Shown here: in pieces, positions 9,415 to 17,607 of the stretch
Position numbering within the stretch: the first letter of the stretch is position 1
Layout of the letters: each line of letters begins with the position of its first letter
Assembly: GCA_964455675.1 (NCBI GenBank)
Contig: CAYVYK010000016.1
Coordinates: 1 to 36,681, forward strand
Origin: an uncultured Methanosarcinales archaeon
Lineage (GTDB): Archaea > Nanobdellota > Nanobdellia > Woesearchaeales > CAYVYK01
Length of the DNA: 36,681 bases
Direction: 5' to 3'
Notes under the pieces: model-generated
Seen by the model: the letters and a program-made list of their open reading frames with translations, nothing else
Databases searched by the model: none
What the model was told of the DNA's origin: nothing
Program-made: the position numbers and the translations under genes

Positions 9415-9503
9415 GCCTCCGTAGCTTAGCAGGTAGAGCGTGCGGCTGTTATCAGCAGGTGCCAGCCACCGCAAGGTCGGCAGTTCGAGTCTGCCCGGAG
9501 GCG
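9415..9503 (+). tRNA. tRNA-Asn(GTT) with 16-nt intron at 37/38 (intron 9452-9467)
   Basis: GCCTCCG/CGGAGGC acceptor stem, TGCGG/CCGCA anticodon stem, CT-GTT-A loop, GGCAG-TTCGAGT-CTGCC T arm, discriminator G. Confidence 0.95.
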
Positions 9504-9558
9504 TTCCACAAATCTTAAATAGTTTGCAGATCATTATTGTTCTTTAGGGGGGAGTAAC

Positions 9559-9882
9559 GTGGAAAGCAGCGATGATACTCTGGAACTTGGCGGCAACATA
9601 CGGCTTGCTGGCTTTCGTGAGCTTGATGGAGCCTCAATGATTGTGGTAAAGAAAATTGTCGGCAGTTACGCACGCAAGATCAGTGAGCTTATACCAAACG
9701 TCACTGAACTATCGCTCGTGCTTAAGCCCGTGCACAAAGTCGAAGAAAGCTCCAAGTACGAGATCAAAGGAAGGCTCGTCGTGGGCGGGGAGCATTACAA
9801 CTCCGAATATACCGACAAAAATCTCTTCGTCGCCTTGGACAAAGTATTGAAGAAAGTAGAATCCATGGTCCAGAAACACTAA
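9559..9882 (+). CDS. Small protein with probable HPF/RaiA (S30AE)-like fold; candidate ribosome hibernation factor
   Basis: Beta-alpha-beta-beta-beta-alpha pattern ending YEIKGRL...SEYTDKNLFVALDKVLKKVESMV. GTG start with GGGGGAG SD. Confidence 0.6.
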   Translation: MESSDDTLELGGNIRLAGFRELDGASMIVVKKIVGSYARKISELIPNVTELSLVLKPVHKVEESSKYEIKGRLVVGGEHYNSEYTDKNLFVALDKVLKKVESMVQKH

Positions 9883-10169
9883 GCGTCAGTCCTTTTTTGG
9901 ACGATATCCTGCTTATTTAGAGAAATAATCTGCATGAGCTTGAGCGTCTCAACCTCGTTCTTCAGATCCTCAATTTCGGCCGCAAGCTGACGCATGATCT
10001 CATAATTATGCTGGATATTGCTTGCGTTCTCCTGGAGGAGCGAACCCATCGTTACGACACTACCCATCTGCGTATTGATGTCCTTGATCCAACCGTCCAT
10101 GTTGTCACGGAACTGGTGGAATTCTTTGTCCTTTCGCGCCTTCGTCGAGGCACTTGAACGCCTAACCAT
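9879..10169 (-). CDS. Hypothetical coiled-coil protein
   Basis: 96-aa ORF with heptad pattern and its own TATA at about 10196-10205. Confidence 0.7.
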   Translation of the reverse strand: MVRRSSASTKARKDKEFHQFRDNMDGWIKDINTQMGSVVTMGSLLQENASNIQHNYEIMRQLAAEIEDLKNEVETLKLMQIISLNKQDIVQKRTDA

Positions 10170-10241
10170 ATTAGTATACTAAAAAGTATATTACCTATAT
10201 AAATATTTCGCAAGCACATCCTTTGATTTATAAAAAGAAAT

Positions 10242-10793
10242 TCACGACTCAAGATTAATCTTACTCGCGCCAGGCTTACTCTCACCTGCGTATTTACCGC
10301 TCTTTTTCACATTCTCTGCCGGGGAGGTGAGCAACTCAAAAGAAATCTGGCAGATCCTCGTGCCCGGCCGAAGCATGACCGGTAGACGGGAAATATTTGT
10401 TATCTCAAGCGTCAGGTGGCCGTCCCAACCTGGATTCACAAATCCAGCAGTGGAGTGGACAATGATACCAAGCCGACCCCACGAGCTTCTTCCGTCGATC
10501 CTCACGCAGAGCGAATCAGAAATCCTGACACGCTCATGAATGATTCCAAGAACAAACTCGCCCGGATGAATAATGAAAGAACTGTCCTTTGGTACATCGA
10601 TTGTGTGCAGCATCTCGTCCGGGATTCCTGCCGCAGGATCAATGTGCGTGATATCATAATGCTTGAAGACCTTAAAGACACTGCCCAGACGCAAGTCAAC
10701 GGAAGCAGGACCAATCTGACTCTCAGAAAAATCAGAAATCATGATGTCGCCACGCGTCATAGCCTTTCTGATATCTCTGTCGCTAAGGATCAT
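10242..10793 (-). CDS. dcd: dCTP deaminase
   Basis: MILSDRDI, GPASVDLRLG, GRSSWGRLG, TAGFVNPGWDGHLTLEITN, RICQI. Confidence 0.95.
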   Translation of the reverse strand: MILSDRDIRKAMTRGDIMISDFSESQIGPASVDLRLGSVFKVFKHYDITHIDPAAGIPDEMLHTIDVPKDSSFIIHPGEFVLGIIHERVRISDSLCVRIDGRSSWGRLGIIVHSTAGFVNPGWDGHLTLEITNISRLPVMLRPGTRICQISFELLTSPAENVKKSGKYAGESKPGASKINLES

Positions 10794-10838
10794 TGCAAGA
10801 GTCTTTCTGGATGAAGATAAAAAGGTTTGGATACCCAG

Positions 10839-11948
10839 TCAATCCTTCGCACGCGCGTAGAGCAACTGATACTGCTCGGCCATTCTCTCGGAACCAAACC
10901 TTCGCTCTGCATCACTTCGACACCTCGCAGGATCAATATCCCCGATATGGCGGGCAGCATGAACCATCCCATTCACATCTTCAGCGACAAAACCAGTCGT
11001 GCCATGCAGCACCATTTCCTTCGCGGGACCCTTGTTTAGCGCGATCACCGGCGTGCCGCAAAGCAACGCTTCCATACCTATCGTTGGCCAGGGCTCGTGC
11101 CAGAGGCATGTCATGAGGAACGCAGATGCGTACTCATACAGGGGTTTCTTCTGCGCATCATTTACTGGACCCACATACACAACCGCATGATCACCCAAGA
11201 GGCCACGATATGCCGTGAGCTTATCTTGCTCTGACGATAAGTCCGCATCAAGATGGGGCCTTACTTCTTCATCAAAATACTGCCGGTTACCGATATTACC
11301 TGCAATGATGAGCGGTTTTTTCGCAGCCCTTGCAGCAACAATCGCTTCCTTCTGTCCCTTATGCGGCGCAATCACCGATAACGAAAGCAGATACCCATCC
11401 TTCTTTTGCTCAAACCGGAACTCACCAACTGGCAAGCCGTTATTCACGACACCGAACATCGCGTACCCATGACTCTCATAAATCGATTTGTGCGACTGGC
11501 TCAGCGCAACGAGATGATTTGCAGATCGTCCAAGCACAGGAAATCTCTCCAGAGGCCAGAACTCTTCATAATCACAATGGACCGTGTGTACCCAAGGATT
11601 AGGACTGCTTGCAAGAAAAGGAAGAACATGATCATCATGAGAATGCACAATGACACTTGGATGAGCCCGTAAAAACTCAAGAACCTTTGCCACATGCAGC
11701 ACCTTTGCCCACGTATGGTCACGAACCTTCATCGGATCGAGCGATGCGTCATACAAGTCTCCCACACCAATACTTGGCACTGTTGGAATGAGGCCTTCAA
11801 CCGTCGAATCTGAAGGAGCAAGTACACTTGTTGATACTCCCATCCTCTTCTGCTCAGACCTTAATGTGTTTACGATCCTTTCAATCCCACCATACACGAG
11901 GTCCTCATGAAGCGCAAGAAACGGCGGCGTGATATGGACGACATCCAT
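10839..11948 (-). CDS. Glycosyltransferase family 4 (GT-B)
   Basis: YGGIER, HSHD, HTVH, PHKG, EPWPTIGMEALLCGTPVI (EX7E), TGF. Confidence 0.9.
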   Translation of the reverse strand: MDVVHITPPFLALHEDLVYGGIERIVNTLRSEQKRMGVSTSVLAPSDSTVEGLIPTVPSIGVGDLYDASLDPMKVRDHTWAKVLHVAKVLEFLRAHPSVIVHSHDDHVLPFLASSPNPWVHTVHCDYEEFWPLERFPVLGRSANHLVALSQSHKSIYESHGYAMFGVVNNGLPVGEFRFEQKKDGYLLSLSVIAPHKGQKEAIVAARAAKKPLIIAGNIGNRQYFDEEVRPHLDADLSSEQDKLTAYRGLLGDHAVVYVGPVNDAQKKPLYEYASAFLMTCLWHEPWPTIGMEALLCGTPVIALNKGPAKEMVLHGTTGFVAEDVNGMVHAARHIGDIDPARCRSDAERRFGSERMAEQYQLLYARAKD

Positions 11949-11951
11949 TGA

Positions 11952-13370
11952 CTACCTCACGCGACGGATGGGAAGCTCATTTTTCGCTTTCATATCACGG
12001 GCAACATCCTGGAGTGAGGGCCAAACCCTCAGAGCTTCCGCAAGCGCCTCAATCTCTTCGTCTGCAGTCTGTTGCATGCGCGCATAAAATGCTTCTCCAT
12101 CAAAACCAGCAAATTCCTCAAAAATATCCTTGGCGAATCCACTAATCCACTGCGACTTTTGCTCTGGGGAAAAACCATTATCCCTCTCTTGACGCGCGAT
12201 AACCTCAGCAGCTCGTGTTATCGCCCGGTCATAATATTCCTTGCCCTTTGCGAGTATTGCATCTGACTCGGCACGCGCAACGTGAATTCTGCCCTCAAGA
12301 GTCGCGTTGCCACCATCAAACCGCACCATCTCCTTTAACCTTGGCTTGATGAAATTTGCCATGTCCTCGTTCCACAAATCATGCGCGAGGCTCTGACGCA
12401 TGTAGGGGTTGCGGTAGTGTGTCTGAGCGGCATTAATATGCGCTGCGGCGACGGAAGGATCCTGCAACCACACCCGCAAAAAATAGTCCTCGAAACGGAG
12501 TTTCGTTGGGATGAACGGGGGAATGCCATCCCTATTATCATACCCTGATATCCCATTATCTAATCTCCAGTTCGTCGCAGTAACGCAGGGCTGGAATCTC
12601 TCAATTACGTATCTCATCATCATATCATTGATGAACGCGAGGTGGGGATTTACCAGAAAATCATGAACATAGTCTACAGCGTCAACATCCGCGCTGCCGC
12701 TCCTAAAGGTTTGTGCGGTAATAATCTTTGCGTCAGGATTCACCTCTTTACCGACGACCGAAACCGTGTTTGGCACAAGTCCCGTTACCGTCTTATTCGT
12801 ATAGAGATCAGTCATGCTATCAACAAGGGTTGTGCCAAGGCAATATCCTGATACATCACGAACACGCTTGCCCAGAACATCCAAGTACGCTGCCAGAAGA
12901 TCATACTCCTGTCGACGCACTTGTCCATCCAAAGTCCTCTTGTCCATGTACCTTCCCTTGAGGACTTCTCCTTCTGAAAGAATGCCGGACTCTGCCGCAT
13001 GCAATCCATGCGGCCGCATATCATCGTCGGCGCTGATGAAGAAATCGCCGGTCGTATAGAGCGCAGTGAAATTGCGGTTTCCTCCATAACTTGGCCTTAG
13101 GATCCTGCGGATTGTACCCTCGTCTCCAACCTTTCTGACCATGTGGTCGATAAATCTTGCCTTCTCTTGCGGCCCGACATACCACACATTCTTGCCAACC
13201 CTTGCTGCAAACGCTGGAAAGTCCCGGTCATGAATATCCTGCGGTGAGTCATCAAAGACGATGATTGGGACATCATGACCGTGAGACTGAAAACTCTCAC
13301 GATACGCTTGTACCGACTCATGCGCGTCTTTCAGACGGTATGTCGGGATTGTGAACGAAGTTGTTGCCAT
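11952..13370 (-). CDS. Uncharacterised GT-A-fold (GT2-like) glycosyltransferase-like protein
   Basis: FTIPTYR, IIVFDDS, SYGGNRN, ISADDDM (DxD), RFED. ATG 13370 with GGGGAG SD; 3 bp gap to the GT4 gene. Confidence 0.65.
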   Translation of the reverse strand: MATTSFTIPTYRLKDAHESVQAYRESFQSHGHDVPIIVFDDSPQDIHDRDFPAFAARVGKNVWYVGPQEKARFIDHMVRKVGDEGTIRRILRPSYGGNRNFTALYTTGDFFISADDDMRPHGLHAAESGILSEGEVLKGRYMDKRTLDGQVRRQEYDLLAAYLDVLGKRVRDVSGYCLGTTLVDSMTDLYTNKTVTGLVPNTVSVVGKEVNPDAKIITAQTFRSGSADVDAVDYVHDFLVNPHLAFINDMMMRYVIERFQPCVTATNWRLDNGISGYDNRDGIPPFIPTKLRFEDYFLRVWLQDPSVAAAHINAAQTHYRNPYMRQSLAHDLWNEDMANFIKPRLKEMVRFDGGNATLEGRIHVARAESDAILAKGKEYYDRAITRAAEVIARQERDNGFSPEQKSQWISGFAKDIFEEFAGFDGEAFYARMQQTADEEIEALAEALRVWPSLQDVARDMKAKNELPIRRVR

Positions 13371-13477
13371 AGAATCTCCCCTAAGATAGTGTAATACGTG
13401 CATCTTATTAGAATATTTTCCTTGTTATTTTTTATTTCACGGTAAGGCTTAAATACAATAGTCCCCCTCTCTACAAT

Positions 13478-14443
13478 ATGAGACTGAAAAAGAAGGACTT
13501 TAGGCTTTTGTACGAGCTGGATGCGAACTACCGACAGCCCTCCGTGAAGCTCTGCAAGAAAACCAGGATGAGTGAGCAGCTCATCAGTCACAAGATTGCA
13601 CAATACCACAAAAAGAGCATCATCCGGGGTACGATTCCACTTATTGACTACGCGCGTTTTGGGCTGCATACCTACATCGTTTTCTTCAAGGCAAGCTACC
13701 ACTCCGAAGAAAAATTTCACAATCTCGTGCATCACCTTACAAGCAGGGATGATATCATCATGATCTTTGAGTGCGACGGCAAGTATGATCTGCTCGCGAT
13801 GTTCATCTCCAAAAACCCATCTGCCTTCAATAAAAGCCTCAAACACCTGCTCTCGGAGGTCAAAGGCCTCAAAGAGGGGTTAATCCTTACCACCATCGTT
13901 CATCATCTCTTTCTGCGTAATTACCTTGTCAGAAAAGAAGGACTTGATGATCTCGTCATGGGTGGTGATCGCGACGAACTTGTCGTTGACACTCTTGGCA
14001 AGAAACTGCTCGCCGCTCTCCTCGATGGCAGCAAACGGATCGTGGATATCGCAAGGCAAGTCGGAGCAACAGAAAAGACCGTGCGGGCACGACTCTTGCA
14101 GCTCCAAAAATCTGAGATCGTCAAGGGATACCGCCTCAATCTTGACATTTCCAAACTCGGGGTCACAAGTAACATCCTCCTCATACGCTTTGGAAACATC
14201 AGCAAGGAACAGGATGACAAATTCCGATATTTTTGCGAGCAGCACCCAAACATATCAGAATTCATCAGAAGCTTTGGCGAATGGGACGCGCTACTCTTTG
14301 TCGAAACGATGGGAGGAAGCGAATTCCGGAAGATATTCCTACAAATCCGAGAACATTTTGAGGACGTGATTGAGGATTTTGACAACTTTCGGGTCTTTGA
14401 AGTACACAAGAAACAATTTCTCCCCAAAGCAGCACTGGAATAG
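13478..14443 (+). CDS. Tandem-duplicated Lrp/AsnC family transcriptional regulator
   Basis: Two HTH+RAM units (KDFRLLYELDANYR...GKYDL and KKLLAALLDGSKRIVDIARQVG...GEWDA). Confidence 0.88.
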   Translation: MRLKKKDFRLLYELDANYRQPSVKLCKKTRMSEQLISHKIAQYHKKSIIRGTIPLIDYARFGLHTYIVFFKASYHSEEKFHNLVHHLTSRDDIIMIFECDGKYDLLAMFISKNPSAFNKSLKHLLSEVKGLKEGLILTTIVHHLFLRNYLVRKEGLDDLVMGGDRDELVVDTLGKKLLAALLDGSKRIVDIARQVGATEKTVRARLLQLQKSEIVKGYRLNLDISKLGVTSNILLIRFGNISKEQDDKFRYFCEQHPNISEFIRSFGEWDALLFVETMGGSEFRKIFLQIREHFEDVIEDFDNFRVFEVHKKQFLPKAALE

Positions 14444-14478
14444 AAAAACTTAAAACTTGCAGAATGCAAAAACGTTGC

Positions 14479-15825
14479 ATGAAGCATATTGTCTACACTA
14501 CCATCACACTGTCCTTGGTCTTGGCACTTCTCATCCCTGCATCTTATGGTACTCTCAGCACACGACTGGACATCTCTGACTACCCTAGCTTCTTCATCGA
14601 TGATGACGTTGTCGAAGCAATCAGCATCGTCGGCTCAAATGCGCCAGCAGCAGACGTCGCACACACGATCCGGATCTTCAGCACACTACAATCAGAAGGA
14701 TACCAGGTACCGATCGAGCAAGTCATTTTTGCAGAAGATATCGGTGATGTGAATGACTACAACGCATTTGTGATCGGCACCCCATGTGACAATCCGGCCG
14801 TTATGACACTACTTGGATTATCTGGAGACTGTGCGGATGCCATACCATCCGGAGACAGCATCCTTGAAGTTCATGAACAGAACGGGAACGTACAACTCCT
14901 CATCTCGGGAGCGACACAAGCCCTCGTGGAAGATGCGATTGACGAACTCATGGGTGGGAGCATCCGGGAAAGTACGCCAACTCCAACTCCATCACCAACG
15001 CCTTTTGTTATCACACTTCCACCATTCTGCGTTGATGACGACCAAGGATTCAAACCATTCACGAGCTCGAACACACGCACACGAGAAGAAACCTTCTGGG
15101 ATTCTTGCACCGAAAACGTTCTAACTGAAGGAGCATGCGATGAGAATCTTCACGTCATCAAGTCCACATTCGTTTGTCCTTACGGGTGCCAGAATGGAGC
15201 CTGCACCCCTTTTGGAGGAGTATTCTCGTATGACAATGGACTTGCATTCGACGCGGAAGGATGCCCCGAGGAATCATGCAGTCTTGCAGGGCAGGGATGC
15301 ATCGGCGGCAGGGAGATCACAGTCGAGACTTGCATCCAACAGATCACAGTCCTTGGCGCATGCACACCAGTCGAATTCATGCGAACGGTCCCCTCGGGAA
15401 CGGCATGCAATATCACCAATTGCACAGGATGCGCATTGAATGACAATGACTGTCTGCCCTTCGGATCACGACTGCTATTGAACGGCTCTGCTGTGTACTG
15501 TGGCCTGACGAGCACTATGGAACAGCAGCAAGGTATTGGGAAGAACTGCCAGCACTCCTATCAATGCGGGCTCCAACACTGCCAAGGAGGAATATGTAGC
15601 CCACTCTGCACAGGATGCCTCGTCGCGAGCATATGCCACTCCCTTGGGGATATCAATCCGGAACAGTACTGTGGAATGGACGGAGAGCTAGCCATGAAAA
15701 AGGAAGAAGGAAGCAGCTGCACGGAACCCTATGAATGCAAAACGATGCTATGCAGGGAAGGAAAATGCTCACACTACACCTGGTGGGAACGATTGCTTGC
15801 GTGGATGAATAGCGTATTCTCCTAA
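14479..15825 (+). CDS. Secreted surface protein: S-layer-like domain, PT linker and Cys-rich repeats
   Basis: Signal peptide; IVGSNAPAADV...IGTPCDN S-layer-like motif; TPTPTPSPTP linker; CVDDDQG...DSC...EGAC...CPYGCQNGAC; amphipathic C-terminus WWERLLAWMNSVFS. Confidence 0.75.
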   Translation: MKHIVYTTITLSLVLALLIPASYGTLSTRLDISDYPSFFIDDDVVEAISIVGSNAPAADVAHTIRIFSTLQSEGYQVPIEQVIFAEDIGDVNDYNAFVIGTPCDNPAVMTLLGLSGDCADAIPSGDSILEVHEQNGNVQLLISGATQALVEDAIDELMGGSIRESTPTPTPSPTPFVITLPPFCVDDDQGFKPFTSSNTRTREETFWDSCTENVLTEGACDENLHVIKSTFVCPYGCQNGACTPFGGVFSYDNGLAFDAEGCPEESCSLAGQGCIGGREITVETCIQQITVLGACTPVEFMRTVPSGTACNITNCTGCALNDNDCLPFGSRLLLNGSAVYCGLTSTMEQQQGIGKNCQHSYQCGLQHCQGGICSPLCTGCLVASICHSLGDINPEQYCGMDGELAMKKEEGSSCTEPYECKTMLCREGKCSHYTWWERLLAWMNSVFS

Positions 15826-15872
15826 GTGTTCAAGCAAAGCTTTAAAATCATCCATGTGCCTCTTCATCACGC

Positions 15873-16421
15873 ATGGCACTCACGTTATCCTCACACAAAC
15901 TCGATGTTGGGACTAGTGCACCAGAGTTTGAGCTTTTAGGAATCGACGGTAAATACCATCAACGTACGGATTTTCAAGGCAAGCCAATACTTATCATTTT
16001 TATATGCAACCATTGCCCATACGTCATCCAAAAAACAAAGGAAATCGTCCGGCTCCACCATCTCTTTCGAAAACATGTGCACATTATTGCGATCAACAGC
16101 AATGACTCCAAGCAGTATCCGGATGACAGCTTTGAGCGGATGAAAACATTTGCGAAGGAATACGGAATAAAGTTTCCATACCTCCATGATGAGAGCCAAG
16201 AAGTGGCGCGAGCATACGGAGCAGCATGCACTCCAGATCCGTTTCTCTTCGACGAGAATCACATGCTTCTCTACCACGGTAGAATTGATGACCAACTGCA
16301 CCTTGGAGAAACTGTGCACGAACACACGATGGAAGAAGTGATCCGGTGCATGCTTGAAGGAAAAAATCCTCCCGAAGATTTTGCACCAAGCATGGGATGC
16401 AGTATCAAGTGGAAGAACTGA
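15873..16421 (+). CDS. Thioredoxin-fold AhpC/TSA (peroxiredoxin-like) protein
   Basis: APEFEL, FICNHCPYV, INSND..YPDDSFERM, YGAACTPD, YHGRIDD, SMGCSIKW. Confidence 0.92.
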   Translation: MALTLSSHKLDVGTSAPEFELLGIDGKYHQRTDFQGKPILIIFICNHCPYVIQKTKEIVRLHHLFRKHVHIIAINSNDSKQYPDDSFERMKTFAKEYGIKFPYLHDESQEVARAYGAACTPDPFLFDENHMLLYHGRIDDQLHLGETVHEHTMEEVIRCMLEGKNPPEDFAPSMGCSIKWKN

Positions 16422-17196
16422 ACACTTGTTTTAGATCATTCCAGTGATTCTTGATGAGCATGAAACCACCGACAATAACCATGACAATGCTCATCCACTG
16501 ACCTGCGGCAAGCCATAAGAACCTTGGATCATCACGCCAAAAGTCAAGCACGAGCCTTCCTACACCAAACAAGAACACAAAACTCCATGTGAGGAGGCCA
16601 TCACGATTCTTCCGGAATTGTATCATTACCAGTATTCCCGCGACAAATGCGCGCTTTAGGAATGCGTAGATCTGATACGGGTGCCTGCATACATCATCGC
16701 CTCCGGTGTTTCGAAAATTCACACACCAAGGAATCCTCTGCGGATCTGCGACTATACCCCAAATCTCCCCATTGACAAAATTCGCAAGTCTCCCTATTGC
16801 AAGTCCGATAGCTGCCGGAATCGTCAGCGCGTCACACAACCTGATGAGCGGAACTTTCTTCTTCCTCGCAAAGATCCACACGGCAAGCACTGCACCAAGA
16901 AGACCTCCATGAAAGGATAGGCCCCCCTGCCAGACAAACAAGATCTTCACGGGATTCGCGAGATAAAACGACGGCTCCCAGAACAGCACATGGAACAAGC
17001 GAGACCCGATGACAACACCAACCATAAGATAGAGCAGCAGATTCTCAACATCAAGCTTTGACAAACCAAGTCTTGACCTTGTGAAGTGCAAATATCCATA
17101 GGCAAGCAAAAAACCTAGTGCGAAGATGATACCATAATACCTGATTTCCAAAGGCCCAAGGTGGAACAGCACCGGATCAATCGAATGGATATACAT
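16405..17196 (-). CDS. lgt: Prolipoprotein diacylglyceryl transferase
   Basis: IDPV...GPLEIRYYG, WQGGLSFHGG, GRLANFVNGEIWG, RHPYQIY, GRLVLDFWRDDP. Start at ATG 17196. Confidence 0.93.
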   Translation of the reverse strand: MYIHSIDPVLFHLGPLEIRYYGIIFALGFLLAYGYLHFTRSRLGLSKLDVENLLLYLMVGVVIGSRLFHVLFWEPSFYLANPVKILFVWQGGLSFHGGLLGAVLAVWIFARKKKVPLIRLCDALTIPAAIGLAIGRLANFVNGEIWGIVADPQRIPWCVNFRNTGGDDVCRHPYQIYAFLKRAFVAGILVMIQFRKNRDGLLTWSFVFLFGVGRLVLDFWRDDPRFLWLAAGQWMSIVMVIVGGFMLIKNHWNDLKQVFSSST

Positions 17197-17518
17197 CTCT
17201 ACCCGCACCTTCCCATATGTATCCACTGGAGACATCAAAGGTATATTAGTATTTCGCGTTTCCATCCCGTGTTGATTTGTTTTCCTACACCGTGCGGACA
17301 GCCTTTTCGCAGAATTTGCGGAAAATGATCACTTGTCACTGCGGAGTCCTCTCCAAGGGCAACATATTTATTCCATCATATGCATCGCAAGTGCCATCGT
17401 TTTTCGGGATTCTCATGGGCTATACCCTTTAGATTTCTCAAACGATCCACAAAACGGTCAGAAGAATTGATATGAGTATTCCATTATGTTAAAATGTATA
17501 GTCTTCAAAACCATTAAC

Positions 17519-17604
17519 TATTTAAATGAGCGGTTTGACGATATGTTGTGTTTTTGATAGCTTTGTACCACAAGCTATTGTGTGTTTCCCGTCATTGAGG
17601 TGAT
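17519..17604 (+). promoter_or_regulatory. nrdJ promoter: TATA (17521-17527), two NrdR-like boxes (17536-17551, 17568-17583) and SD GAGGTGAT (17597-17604)
   Basis: TGACGATATGTTGTGT and CCACAAGCTATTGTGT match acaCwAtATaTwGtgt at 12/16 and 13/16, 32 bp apart. Confidence 0.7.
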
Positions 17605-17607
17605 TAA

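Noticed and set aside
17200..17520. Cobalamin riboswitch or replication origin upstream of nrdJ
   Set aside because: No recognisable B12 box or ORB repeats, and the region lies upstream of the likely TATA box.
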